NCBI RefSeq assembly: GCF_032191835.1 | Contig: NC_083227.1 | Location: 24,924,001-24,988,000, forward strand | Direction of reading: 5' to 3' | DNA length: 64,000 nt | Source: Heteronotia binoei | Taxonomy: Eukaryota | Shown here: positions 12,035-24,010 of the stretch, one piece after another | Numbering within the stretch: the first letter of the stretch is position 1 | Layout of the letters: each line of letters begins with the position of its first letter | Position numbers and translations under genes: made by a program | Notes under the pieces: model-generated | What the model saw: the letters and a program-made list of their open reading frames with translations, nothing else | Told to the model about the DNA's origin: nothing | Database searches by the model: none

Positions 12035-12600
12035 CACCTCATTAGACCTCCCCTAGACTATTGTGCTCAGTTTTGGGCACCACAATTTAAGAAGGATGGA
12101 GAGGAGACAATGGAGAGGTGATATGATCACCACCTTCAAGTACTGAAAGGGCTGTCATATAGAGGATGGTGTGGAGTTGTTTTCTGTGGCCCCAGAAGGT
12201 TGGACTGAAACCAGTGGGTTGAAATTAATTCAAAAGAATTTCTGGCTAAGCATTAGGAAGAACTTCCTAACAGTTAGAACAGTTCCCCAGTGGAACAGCT
12301 TCCTTGGGAGGTGGAGGGCTCTCCTTCTTTGGAGGTTTTTAAACAGAGGCAAGATATGTTCGCTCTGAGTTAGTGTGAGCTAGCTCACAGATTTTTTGCC
12401 TCCAGCTCACACATTTTTGCCTTAGCTCAGAAAGAATGACCCCAGAATGCAATAATTTATGCAGTAGCTCACAACTTTAATGCCGGTAGCTCGCAAAGTA
12501 GAATTTTTGCTCACAAGTCTCTGCAGCTTAGAGGGAACACTGGCTAGATGGCCAACCGACAGCAATGCTGATTCTGTGAACTGGGCGTATCATGAGAAGG
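12035..12600 (+). mobile_element. CR1 3' fragment interrupted by hAT MITE (about 12356-12542)
   Basis: ORF 12171-12368 ELFSVAPEG...IRKNFLTVRTVPQWN matches the CR1 ORF2 end also seen at 51050. The CR1 3' UTR resumes at 12543. Confidence 0.75.
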
Positions 12601-12734
12601 AGGGCAGGAAGGGTTGCACCAGTGCTTAGTTCTTGTGGCCTTTTTTACATGCCAGGGAAATTCTGTTCACCACTTTGGGGTCAGGCAGCAATTTTTCTCC
12701 AGGCTAGTTTGGCCAGGGATCCTGGAGGTTTTTT

Positions 12735-12922
12735 GAACATATGAAGCTGCCTTATACTGAATCAGACCCTTGGTCCATCAAAGTCAGTATTGTCTTCTCA
12801 GACTGGCAGCGGCTCTCCAGGGTCTCAAGCTGAGGTTTTTCACACCTATTTGCCTGGACCCTTTTTTTTTGGAGATGCCGGGGATTGAACCTGGGACCTT
12901 CTGCTGAGCCACCGTCCCTCCC
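12735..12922 (-). mobile_element. Squam3-like SINE with internal deletion
   Basis: Near-identical to 214-417 and 18136-18353 but missing part of the tRNA arm. Confidence 0.8.
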
Positions 12923-13211
12923 CTTTCTTTTTCTTTTTTGATATCTTCTAGGCATGGAGCAGGGTCACTGTGTGTGTTTGTAGGGGAGGCATTTGTGAGT
13001 TTCCTGCATTGTGCAGGGGGTTGGACTAGATGACCTTGGAGGTCCCTTCCAACTCTATGATTCTGTGAATCCACTGCTCTCTAAAAGCACTTGGTGAGTC
13101 CAGGTAGGATGTTGGCAGGCCCCATGGCACCCAGCAGGTGCCATATGGGGGACTCTGGCTCTAACCACTACACAACGCCCCTCTGCTCCTTCTCATAACA
13201 GCACACCTTAC

Positions 13212-13314
13212 CCATGAAGCCTAGATCCCTTGGCTTGGTTTCTTCGGAGTCCAAGAGAGTTGACTCTTCTTGAGAGGAATTCATGGATCCATCATTCCTA
13301 ACTGGCTGCAGGCA
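13212..13314 (-). CDS. gene A exon 2 (103 nt), vestigial KRAB-A-like
   Basis: Acceptor TTGTTTCAG|TGC, donor ATGG|GTAAGG. Phase 0 to 1 joins exon 1 to exon 3 in frame. Peptide CLQPVRNDGSMNSSQEESTLLDSEETKPRDLGFMG. Confidence 0.8.
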
Positions 13315-13534
13315 CTGAAACAACAAACAATTTATTTTTCCAGGGCTGACTGACACAATTCAACCTCTGTGGAGTGGGTGGGTAAAAAGATGTATTTTAG
13401 CTTGGCGCCCAAGAAAAAGTAAATTAGCGGAGTCTCAAAGGGGAGGGTGTTCTGAAGGCCACCACAGAAAATGCCATCCCTAGTTGCCACCTGTCTCACC
13501 TCTGAAGGGGAAATCACAGAGAGTACAGCTTGAG

Positions 13535-13880
13535 AAGCAGATCTTAACTGGCAAAGGGTGATTAACACACGGAATTTACTGCCACAGGAGGTGGTGGCAA
13601 CTGAAAGCATAAAAACAGCTTAAAGAGGGGATTGGATAAACATCTGGAGCAGAGGTCCGTCAGTGGCTATTAGCCACAGGGTATTGATGGAACTCTCTGT
13701 CTGGGGCAGTGATGCTCTGTATTCTTGGTGTGTGTGGGGCCACAGTGGGAGGGCTTCCAGTGTCCTGGCCCCACTGATGGACTTCCTGATGGTGCCTGGT
13801 TTTTTGGCCACTGTGACACACAGAGCGTTGGACTGGATGGGTCATTGGGCTGATCCAACATGGCTTCTCTTATGTTCTTA
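13535..13880 (+). mobile_element. CR1 3' end
   Basis: RVIN(T)WNxLPQEVV-type ORF2 end plus 3' UTR ending GGCTTCTCTTATGTTCTTATG. A further CR1 ORF2 fragment follows at about 13920-14190. Confidence 0.8.
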
Positions 13881-14303
13881 TGGAAGAGGGTTGTATGGGA
13901 GGAACACCACCACTAAGGGGGGAGGGACATGATAGAGGTTTATAAAATTAAGCATGGGATGGAGCGTGTTGACCAAGATATAATTTCCACCCTCGCCCAA
14001 AAGACTAGAACTCGAGGGCATCCAATGAAGCTGCTGGGCAGTGGGTTCTGGATGGACAAAAGGAAATACTGCTTTACGCAGAGTGATTACAAAGTGGAGT
14101 TTGCTGGCAGAGGATACAGTGATGGGCACAAGAATAAACAGCTTGAAAAGGGGATTAAACAGATTCATGGAGGATAAGTCTATCAGTGGTGGGTTTGGTG
14201 GCATTATCCCCCACTCAGGTACCCCCCCTCCCTCAACCCTGCCATCCCCAAGACCCACCCCCAAATCGTCAGGAATTTCTCTACCTTGAATCAGCAGCCA
14301 GAG

Positions 14304-14781
14304 CAGGGTTGCCAAGTCTGACTCAAAAAATACCTGGGGCTTTGGGGGTGGAGCCAGGTTGTGAGAAGCAGAAATGAACTCCAAAGGGAGTTCTGGCCAT
14401 CACATGTCGAGGGACCAGATGCCTTTTAAATGCCTTCCCTCTGTTTGGGATAATGAAGGATAGGGGCACCTTCTTTTGGAGCTCATAGAACTGGAACCCC
14501 TGGTCCAATCTTTCTGAAACCTAGGAGATGTTTTGAGGAAAGGCACCAGATCCTATGCTGAAAATCTGGTACCCCTAGTTTAAAAAAACAGCTCCTCCAG
14601 AGCTCCAAATACCCATGGATCAATTCTCCATTATACCCTATGAGAAGCAGTCTTCATAGGGTATAATGGAGTGCCCATCAGACATTTCTCTCCCCCCACA
14701 CACTTTCTGAAGACCTGAAGTAGGAGGAGGGCCTCCAAACTGAGGGAATCCCCTGCCCCCACCTGGGAATTGGCAGCCCTA
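14304..14781. mobile_element. TAGGGTTGCCA-family hAT element
   Basis: CAGGGTTGCCAAG ... TTGGCAGCCCTA termini and the same internal sequence as 4824-5260, in reverse orientation. TSD not conserved. Confidence 0.75.
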
Positions 14782-14966
14782 TTGGGGGGAGGGAGCTTAT
14801 CAGGGATGTTACGCCATAGAGTCCACCCTCCATAGCAGCCATTTCCTCAATGTGAACTGTTTTCTGTAGCTTGGAGATCAGTTGTAATTCCGGGAGAACT
14901 CCAGTCCTCACCTGGAGAATGGCAACCTTAAATCAGCAGTGGTTTCGCGCATGCGCATGTGTGTGT

Positions 14967-15497
14967 CAGGCCTGAAGCCAGAAAATTTTAAGTGGAGGGG
15001 CCCTGAGGCTCAGAATGACATCACACACTTAAAATATATATGTAAATAAAAAAGGAGAACGGCGGCGGCAAGAGCGGGGTGGAGAGAGTGGTGGGGAGAG
15101 CGGGGGCGCCAAGAGGAGATGCAGCAGGGAGAACGGGGCAGGGAGGGTGGTGGTGGCGGCGAGAGCAGGGCAGCGGGAGTGGTGAGGAGAGCGGGGGCAC
15201 CGAGAGCAACTGTGGTGGGGAGAGCGGGGCACCGAGAGCAGGGCAACAAGGGTGGTGGGGAGAGCAGGGCACTGAGAGTGGCTGTGGCAAGAGTGTGACC
15301 GCGAAAGCATGGGCTGCGAGACCAGCTCTGGCAGGGAGAGTGGCAGCGGTGGTGATGAGAGCAGGGCAGCGAGAGTGGGGTGGCCAGAGCAGTAGCGGCG
15401 AGAGCAGGGCAGTGAAAGGAGGGGCCATATAGGAGGAAGGGGGGGTTGTGTGCAGCGGTCTGCCCCACCCCCGGCCCCCTAAGTATCTACGGGTCTG
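14967..15497. mobile_element. hAT-like element with G-rich internal minisatellite
   Basis: CAGGCCTGAAGCC ... ATCTACGGGTCTG termini flanked by GTGTGTGT on both sides; internal repeats of GAGAGC(A/G)GGG(C/G)...GTGGTG. Confidence 0.7.
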
Positions 15498-15532
15498 GTG
15501 TGTGTGTGTGTGAGGTGGAGCAACACACTCAC

Positions 15533-16339
15533 TTGCTTCTCTCCTGTTCTAGCCTCTCCCTGTCTCGACAGGAAATCCTCAGCCAGGGCCACTGCCTGGG
15601 CACAAGTCTCGGCTCTGTTCTCCCTCAGCCAGATCTGGATCTCCAGGGGCAGGACAGTCAGGAACTGCTCTAGGATCAATAGTTCCAGGATCCGCTCCTT
15701 GGTGTTCCTCTCTGGCTTCAGCCACTGGTGGCAGAGATACCAGAGCTGGCTGCAAATCACACGTGGCCCATCTCCTTCTCTGTAGCGCAGCTGCCTGAAG
15801 CAGAGGCGCTGGACCTCAGTGCTTTCCATTGTCTCCTCTTGAATCTCTTCTTTCACCTCTGCAGTGTTTGCCACACCATTATCTTCCAGGGGGCTTTGAA
15901 CCAACTGAGATTCCTTCTCAAGGCCTAGCCAGCTTCGAAGCCATCGCTGGGTTCTAGGCTGTTGGCTGGCATCAGCTGGCCCTTCCAAAGAAGCGAGCGG
16001 CAACTTCAGGTCCTCTGTTGCTTCTTCCTTCTTCTTTGGGTCCCCCCACTGCAAGTGTGGGGACTCCACAGTCTTCAGGAATGCTTGCCACTGTGTTTCC
16101 CAGTGGTGTGTCAAACCCTCCTCCGGCTCCTGTTTAATCACGCAGCTTGGAAATTCGCTCCGGCTAACATGAGTGGGACATGTTTCCTCCAAGTCTGTCC
16201 CAGGTTGCAGATCGGATGGGTCGTCTTCTTCCATTTTTGTCTTTGGCTCTACCACAGTCTGCAAATCAAGGCCCCAACTGAAGTGGGAGTCCTTTCGGTG
16301 GTCATTTTGACTCTGGCCACCACATTCTTTGAAGTCCAT
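15533..16339 (-). CDS. gene A exon 1: SCAN domain with N-terminal extension; full spliced protein about 829 aa (SCAN + 15 C2H2)
   Basis: SCAN motif [54 protein letters not shown]. Donor AAGCAA|GTGAGT at 15533/15532. 807+103+1580 = 2490 nt, in frame. Confidence 0.92.
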
Positions 16340-16803
16340 TGGTTCCCATATCTTTTATTGTGGCAATTGTTGTGGGAAAATTCACATCTTAGCTTCCCTT
16401 CTGCTGTAAAGGCCATGCAGGAAGTCCTTCCTTCAAGGTAGGATTGACCAGCATTATTTGAACCTTGCACCACAGATTTTTTTTAGGTCACAAAAGAGGA
16501 GTGAGGGCCAGAGATGGTGTTTGAGGCAAGAGAAAAATGGATCCTTCCTGTGGGAAGCAAGACAACATTGAAAAGAAGAGAAAACAGAGAAGCCACATAC
16601 AGAATCCTTTCCTACGGTTTACAGAAACCCCACTTTAAAAGAAAATTCTTTCCTAATAAATGAAAATATAAGGAGATGCCTGTTGGATCAGAATGACCTA
16701 TCTAACCCAGGATCCTGTTTCCAACAGTGGACAGGCTGATACTTTTGGCAAGCCCATAAACAATGCAAGGGACGATTCCTTTTTTTTGCCTCCATGCAAT
16801 GAC

Positions 16804-17025
16804 AGAAGCTGGGTTCAGGTAGCCAGCTCGAGATTGACTTAGTCTTCCATCCTTCCCAGGTCGGTAAAATGAGTACCCAGCTTGCTGCGGGGAAAGTGTA
16901 GACGACTGGGGAAGGCAATGGCAAACCACCCCATAAAAAGTCTGCCATGAAAACGTTGTGGAAGCAACATTACCCCAGAGTCGTAAACAACTCGTGTTTG
17001 CACAGGGGACTATCTTTACCTTTTT
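16804..17025 (+). mobile_element. Sauria SINE, 5'-truncated
   Basis: CTTCCATCCTTCC..GGTCGGTAAAATGAGTACCCAGCTTGCTG...GGGAAGGCAATGGCAAACCAC body and TTTACCTTT tail. Confidence 0.85.
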
Positions 17026-17039
17026 AAATGTCTGATACA

Positions 17040-17343
17040 CCCCGTGGCGCAGAGTGGTAAAGCTGCAGTATTGCAGTTAGAGGCTCTCTCCTCACGACCT
17101 GAGTTCGATTCCAGCAGAAGCTGGTTTCAGCTAGCCGGCTTGAGGTTGACTCAACCTTCCATCCTTCCGAGGTCGGTAAAATGAGTACCCAGCTTGCTGG
17201 AGGGGAAAGTGTAGATGACTGGGGAAGGCAATGGCAAACCACGCCATTAAAAAGTCTGCCATGAAAAACGTGAAAGCAATGTCACCCCAGAGTCAGAAAC
17301 AACTGGTGACTACCTCGCACAGGGGACTACCTTTACCTTTACT
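17040..17343 (+). mobile_element. Sauria SINE, full length
   Basis: tRNA-like head CCGTGGCGCAGAGTGGTAAAGCTGCAG...GAGTTCGATTCC, Sauria body and (ACCTTT)n tail. Confidence 0.9.
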
Positions 17344-18135
17344 ATTCAGGGTTAAAGTTTCTTTGGACATGGACACTCCTTCTAGCCACCTTCTGGCTGT
17401 TAACTTTTGCCTAGGGTTGCCTGGTCCAACTCAAGAAATACCTGGGGACTGTGGGGGTGAAGCCAGGAGACTTTGGAGGTGGAGCTGGGAGTAAGGGTGT
17501 GACAAGCACAATTGAAGTCCAAAGGGAGTTCCGGCCATCACACTTAAATGGACTGTACGCCTTTTAAATGCCTTTGTTCTGTTGAAAATAATGGAGAATG
17601 GTGGCAGCATGGGGGGGGGGGGCGTTTCCTGACAGATCACCTTGTCCTTCATAGTGGTGGTGGGGAAGGAATGGAAGGATGAGCATTATATCAAACAAAT
17701 TCAGCGCCCTTAGTTTGCAAGCATTTTGGGATTAAGATCGATTGTTTTGCGCTTTCAGAAGCATCTCTTGCAAAGCCGCCCTGAGCCTGCTTCAGTGGGG
17801 AGGGCGGGATATAAATAAAATGATGATGATGACATCCCACAACACGTGCTATTGGCAGTGCCTCTGAGCATACACCAAGTGCTTTCTCCTCTTCCCCCCG
17901 CAGGCAGTAAAATTTAATAACCCTCCAAGACACCAGCATTCCTTAGGCCCTGCAAAACGCGCTCAGTTTTTGGGGAAAGAACGGGTTGCCAATCTCCAGG
18001 CGAGAGCTTTGACCCAGATCAGCAAACCGAGGGGCAGCCCCCCTCCTACAACAATCTCTCCTTTACGAACAGTTCTGCAATGGCTCAACATTTCCAATGC
18101 AACAAATCAGCACAGTTTAATCGCGACCTTCCTTT

Positions 18136-18353
18136 GAACATATGAACATATGAAGCTGCCTTATACTGAATCAGACCCTTGGTCCATCAAAGTCAGTATT
18201 GTCTTCTCAGACTGGCAGCGGCTCTCCAGGGTCCCAAGCTGAGGTTTTTCACACCTATTTGCCTGGACCCTTTTTTTTTGGGAGATGCCGGGGATTGAAC
18301 CTGGGACCTTCTGCTTCCCAAGCAGATGCTCTACCACTGAGCCACCGTCCCTC
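18136..18353 (-). mobile_element. Squam3-like SINE, full length
   Basis: Same sequence as 214-417 with intact A and B boxes. Confidence 0.85.
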
Positions 18354-18399
18354 TTTTCCTCTCTGGCAGCCCCAGTCCCCCCCCCCCCGCGGCTGCTGA

Positions 18400-18680
18400 A
18401 GCTTACCTTTTCACTTCAGCCCCGAATTCAAATCAGCGGCTTCCTCCTACGTAATGCAACCCCGCCCCCCCCCCAACAAGGTCCCTTCTCTTGCAACCCC
18501 AGCCCTCCCAGTTATCCTGGGCTTCTCTAGGAAGCTGTTTTCGGTTTGTTTAACCCTTCGATTCCCAGTGATACGACCTGACGGTCCTATTAAGAGACTG
18601 ACTCAGAGTCTCTGACGAACTCTTCTTGGCTTTTTCACCCTACCTTGCTAGGCCCCACCCTTCCGCAAGCCCCAAAAGTG
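18400..18680 (-). promoter_or_regulatory. candidate first (non-coding) exon / promoter of gene A
   Basis: Unique, moderately CpG-containing stretch ending in a strong minus-strand donor AAAG|GTAAGC at 18407/18406. Matching acceptor TTTACAG upstream of the gene A ATG at about 16404. Confidence 0.35.
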
Positions 18681-19353
18681 GCTGCAGTAGGGAGTGCCAT
18701 TTAGGGTGGCCAACCTTCAGTTGGGGCCTGGAGATCTCCTGGGATGACAAGTGATCCGACAGAGACAGGTTCCTCTACAGCAGGGGTGGCCAAACTTGCT
18801 TAATGTAAAAGTCACACAGAAGAAATGTCAGATGTTTGAGAGCCGCAAGACATGAACATCAGATGTTTGAGCCACAAAACAGGAAGGAAGGTAGGTAGGC
18901 AGATGGGAAAGAGGGGAGGGACGGAGAGGTGGAAATAAAACAACTTTAACTTTAAATGCATTCTCCAAACTGCTGGCTACCTTGGCTTGGAGAAGTGATT
19001 TAAAGAGACAAATGCCTTCTCCAAGCTGGCCAACAGGGTGGTGGGGGCTTCGAGAGCCACACAATATGTGTGAAAGAGCCACATCTGGCTCCCAAGCCAC
19101 AGTTTAGCCACCCTGGCTCAGTGATGGTGAACCTATGGATCGCGTGCCAGAGCGGGCACTCAGACCCCTCTCTGTGGGCATGTGTGCAGTTGCTCCTGCA
19201 CAGAGTTCGCTGTTCCAGCTGCACATATTTCCAGAGAATGAGCAACAGCTGACTCATGGGGTGGGCAGGGGCTTCGAGAGCCGCACAATATGTGTGAAAG
19301 AGCCACATGTGGCTCCTGAGCCACAGTTGGGCCACCCCTGCTTTAGAATACTG

Positions 19354-19491
19354 CAGGGGTGGCCAACAGTAGTTCTCCAGATGTTTTTTGCCTACAACTC
19401 CCATCAGCCCCAGCCAGCATGGCCAATGGCTGGGGCTGATGGGAGTTGTAGGCAAAAAAAACATCTAGAGAGCTACCGTTGGCCACCCCTG
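19354..19491. mobile_element. short palindromic hAT MITE
   Basis: Perfect TSD GAATACTG at 19346-19353 and 19492-19499. Confidence 0.9.
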
Positions 19492-20525
19492 GAATACTGC
19501 ATAAATATGTAAGTGCCCCAATAATAGAGATGCGAAGGCCCGGAAAAATGTGGGGGGGAAAACAGGGGGGGTCCGTTTTTTCCCTGAAGCCTTTTTGGTT
19601 TTTTTCTGAAAAATTAGAAAAAATAAAAGAAAAAAATTGATTATGGAATGTTTTATTTTAACATGATGAATAAAATATTTTAAGACAAGGTGTTCAAATA
19701 TTTTCCAAATCATTTCTAAAAAAATTGTATGGTATCAGATTATTCTAATTTCTGTGCACTGAAGACAAGCAAATCCTAGGTCATGCCCATTCAAACTTAG
19801 TCCTACACTCCCTTCTATACACTTCTCCCCTCTTCAATTCTTCTTATGAGAATGAGTTTTTTATTTTTAATTAATACTGTGGAGAGGAAATATGAATAAT
19901 GGTTACGTCTAGATTTTTAAAAATCATTCAGGAGAATGTTGCTCCATTTGTTACAATTACAAATAAATACTATTTAAAAAGTAAATTCTGTTTGTAATAA
20001 TTGTTCGGATACACTATATTTTTAATATGCTAGTTGTGATAATTTCATGCCACATAAAATTGTCCATAGTCATAGTTTATGTTCCTAAAGTGTGACAGAA
20101 TGATTTTCAATCTGGAAAAGAAAAAATAAATGCTAATGTAGCACTTCCAAACATTTCTGTTTTTTTCCAGAAAAAAACAGGGGGGGGAAACGGAATTTCT
20201 GGAAATTTTACATTTCTACTCTCTACTGTTTTTCATCCATTTCTCTTAGTACTGTTGACGGTGATTTTTCAGTATCCCAGGCAGTGAAGTGTCTAACAGT
20301 CACCTCAGACCTTTTAAACGGTGGTGGCAAAAGCAGATTGTAATAATTGTCCACCCATCTTTCACCCCCTACTTGTCATTCCAGAATATGACAGTTCTGA
20401 TTTAAGTTCTAGAGTCTGAGAGACATGAGAACGAAGACTCAGACTGCTTTGGTTTCATCGTTTGAAGCAAAGGAAGGAGGCGAGGGAATTCGAGTCTGAT
20501 AAGTCGAATCTTGTCCTGAGGCAAA

Positions 20526-21194
20526 ATGACCACAACAGAGGAAGGAATTCCTGTTCAACTAGAGGAAGGGGTGCAGACCGATTTTAAAATGGAGGAGGAA
20601 AGTTCAACAGGTCCCCAGTTGACTGAGGACTCAAGGAAAGCCCCTCACGCCCCTCAACCTGGGAATGTTGGAGAATTCCTGCAAAGGAGTCCAGAAGAAG
20701 ATGTGAAACAGGAAGATGAGGGACAACTTCAGAGATGGGAAGTCCAGTGGCAGGAATACCTGAAGACAATGGAGGCCTCTCAGAATCCACAGCTGAGGAA
20801 CAAATGTGTTTCTTCAGGTGAAGCTCAGGCTGTTTCATCTTCACTTCAAGGTCAGCCTGTCACCATCTGCCATACTGAGGGACAGCAAGTGAAGGAGGCC
20901 CTTGGCTCAGAAGTACAACGCCAGCGCTTCAGACAGTTCCTCTACCTGGAGACTGAGGGCCCCCACAATGTTTGCCACCACCTCCGGAAACTTTGTCATG
21001 GGTGGCTGCAGCCCAAAAGATGCACAAAGGAGCAGATCCTGGAGCTGGTGATCCTGGAGCAGTTCCTGGCCATCCTGCCCCCGGAGATGTTGAACTGGGT
21101 TAAGCAACGGGGCCCAGAGACCTGCTCCCAGGCTGCTGCCCTGGCGGAGGAGTTCCTGCTGGAAAAGCAAGCAGCAGAAGGACCAGAAGAGCGA
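20526..21194 (+). CDS. gene B exon 1: SCAN domain; full spliced protein about 421 aa (SCAN + single C2H2)
   Basis: [54 protein letters not shown]. Donor GAGCGA|GTGAGA, phase 0. Confidence 0.9.
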
Positions 21195-21784
21195 GTGAGA
21201 GCGACTTAAGATTTCCACTGCACTTCTTAGCAGCCCTAAGTGTACTGTAGAATAAATTAAAGTGTATGCCTTTAGAAGGGTCTAGGTAGGGTTACCCAGA
21301 TAAAACCAGAGAAACATATTCTGTTAAAATTCTAAATAACAAGACTCATGCGGCATGGGGGGCATTCCCTCTCCTCTACGTGTTCTTCAGGCCTCTAGCT
21401 ACAGGGGGACCATGGAGGCCCTGCCCCGACTTCCTCTTGGGTGCCTCCAACCTTCCCTCCCTCTGCCTCCCCCTCCCACTACAGTGGGGGGGTGAAAACT
21501 AAGAGGCTGGGGGAAGCCCCCTCCCTGTCCCCATGACTTATGTTGCATCGGAGGGGTACCCAGGAGCAGCTGCTTCCCCTCCCAAGCCATATAAAGGACC
21601 CTCAAGTGGTGAGGGGTGGGAGGGAAGGTCAGGCGCCCTGAGTCACAACGGTGAAGGCCAGGGGAGGAGCCACTAAGTGCCCCCCAACTTTTTCACATGC
21701 CCCCAACTTTCAAAATCCTGGCTACGGGCCTGCTGTTCTTGCATCTTCCAGGTGTTGCCCACTGAGGGAGGGAGAAGCCCTGCT

Positions 21785-22530
21785 CCCAGTGTGGTGTAGC
21801 AGTTAAGTGTGCGGACTCTTATCTGGGAGAACCGGGTTTGATTCCCCACTCCTCCACTTGCAGCTGCTGGAATGGCCTTGGGTCAGCTCTCACAGGAGTT
21901 GTATTTGAAAGGGCAGCTGCTGTGAGAGCTCTCTCTGTGTCAAGTCGGCAGATTCAATAACGAGCCGTTTGTTGAAACAAAATAGCTAGTTTATGGATAC
22001 TGTTGTTTACGACTAGGTTGGTATTGAAAGACTAAAGATCATACAATAAAATGAAATCATATAAGGTACACTTCAAAGGGATTCTTTAGGGAGGGGTACT
22101 ATGCAGGGCACATTCACACATTGATGTTACCAATTCGTTCTCAGGCCTACTTTGGCCTTCAGCGTCTCTGGCTGCAGCCTCCCCCGGTGCCAGGCCTGAG
22201 AAGGCTCAGATAAAATGTTCACATATTCCCATTTCAAAGCATTACTACATAACAAAGAAAAGGAGGGGGTAGGGAGAGTTCAAGCTAGCAGCAATGGAAT
22301 ACAGTTTGGCTTTACCCAGGATGCTTCTCACCTGAGCCAAAGTTAGATACGGGCTTGACCAGAGTTTTATACAGACTTGAAACTCAGCCTCATCTATCTC
22401 ACAGGGTGTCTGTTGTGGCGGGTTGGGGGGGAAGGTAAATGAGATTGTGACTGCTCTGAAGCTCTGAGATTCAGAGTATAGGGTGGGATATAAATCCAAT
22501 ATCATCATCTTCTTCTTCTTCATCATCTTC
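21785..22530 (+). mobile_element. Squam2-like SINE split by a solo LTR
   Basis: Head CAGTGTGGTGTAGCAGTTAAGTGTGCGGAC at about 21787. Body resumes at 22383 and ends GGGATATAAATCCAATATCATCATCTTC. Confidence 0.85.
21938..22382 (-). mobile_element. solo LTR (second family)
   Basis: 445 bp with inverted termini TGTCAAGTC / GACTTGAAA (one mismatch) and 5-bp TSD CTCTG / CTCAG matching the SINE consensus CTCAG. Orientation tentative. Confidence 0.7.
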
Positions 22531-22844
22531 TTCCCTGAGAAAGAGTTGTCAAATCCAGCTTAGGAAATAACTGGAGATTTGGGGGCAAAGTCTGAGGAAA
22601 ATGGAGTTCAGTGGGGTATAATGTCATAGAATCTGCCCTCCAAAGCAGCCATTTCCTCCAGGAGAAACGATCGTGGTAGTCTGGAGATCAGTTGTAATTC
22701 TATGAAACCTCCAGCCCCCACCTGGGGGTTGGCACCCTTAGCCTGTGATGGGACATGGGGTGGTGATGGGGGAATTGCAAGATGCTTGTTTTGCTAGCAC
22801 CTTTTCTGGCCCTGGTCTGAACAGGATCTTCATTTCTGTTTCAG

Positions 22845-22974
22845 GGGCTGGAGCCAAGAGAAGAGGCAGTGCCAGACCCCTCCCAAGCAGCACAGGCTCC
22901 TTTGGACTGCTGGCAGATGACAGTCAACAGGGAGGCAGAACGAGAGGACGATGCTGGAGGTGGAAGTTTCCTGG
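22845..22974 (+). CDS. gene B exon 2 (130 nt), vestigial KRAB-A-like
   Basis: Acceptor TTTCTGTTTCAG|GGG, donor CTGG|GTAAGG. Peptide GLEPREEAVPDPSQAAQAPLDCWQMTVNREAEREDDAGGGSFLG, phase 0 to 1. Confidence 0.82.
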
Positions 22975-23042
22975 GTAAGGATTTACCCTGTCCCCAATTC
23001 AACTGCCTCATAACATCTTAGCCTGCCCTTTCAGGAGTTCAG

Positions 23043-23330
23043 GACCTCTTTGGTGTAGTGGTTAAGTGTGCGGACTCTTATCTGGGAGAACCAGGTTTGA
23101 TTCCCCTCTCCTCCACTTGCAGCTGCTGTAATGGTCTTGGGTCAGAGCTCTCATAACAGCTGTCCTTGAAAGGGTAGCTGCTGTATGAGCTCTCTGAGCC
23201 CCACCCACCTCACAGGGTGTCTGTTGTGGGGGAGGAAGATAAAGGAGATTGTGAGCTGCTCTGAGGAGAGCCTGAGATTCAGAGTGGAGAGCAGGATATA
23301 AGTCCAATATCATCATCTTCTCCTCCTCCT
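23043..23330 (+). mobile_element. Squam2-like SINE
   Basis: TTTGGTGTAGTGGTTAAGTGTGCGGACTC head; tail GGATATAAGTCCAATATCATC. Confidence 0.85.
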
Positions 23331-24010
23331 CCTCCTCTCCCCTCCTCCATTGATCCTTACAATGACCTTGTTAGATAAGTGGGGTTGCCAACTTTGGGTC
23401 TGGAGGTCTGGGGTGGAGCCTGGGGAAGGCAGAATTTGAGAAGGGGAGGGACCTCAATAGGGGAAAGTGTTTGTGAGTTTCCTGCATTGTACATTGGTTG
23501 GACTAGATGACCCTAGAGGTCCCTTCCAACTCTATGATTCTAGGGTATAATGCTTCCACTTTTTGCAGGGAAGTTGAAATTCCAATAAAACCATAGAGTT
23601 TTTTCAAATGCCAGAACATCCCTGACAATGCACTAACATAACTTCCAGTGCCAGGGATTTTTTTGTAGCAGAAACTCTTTTGCATATTAGGCCACACACC
23701 CCTGATGTGGCCAATCCTCTTGGAGCTTATGGTAAGCCCTGTGCTAAGACCCTTGTAAGCTCTCGGAGGATTGGCTACATCAGGGGTGTGTGGCCTAATA
23801 TGCAAAGGAATTCCTGCTACAAGAAAAGCCCGGGCAGTGCATACAGGAAGTGACATCAGCATGTCTCTGGCAGTGCCATTACATCACAGGCAAGGGGCCC
23901 AACCACACCCTGCCTGCACCAGTCGCCAGGGGGATCTGGCAACCCAGACACCATCTCTGGCTTCACCATTCACTAACAGGTAACCCATGATTCTTTTTGT
24001 CTCTTTGCAG

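Noticed and set aside
15010-15468. Pro/Leu/Ser-rich ORFs
   Set aside because: Translations of a low-complexity minisatellite inside a transposon.
19525-20218. AT-rich segment with TAGAGATG...CATTTCTA ends, possibly an old hAT element
   Set aside because: No TSD and no second copy in the window, so the boundaries cannot be supported.
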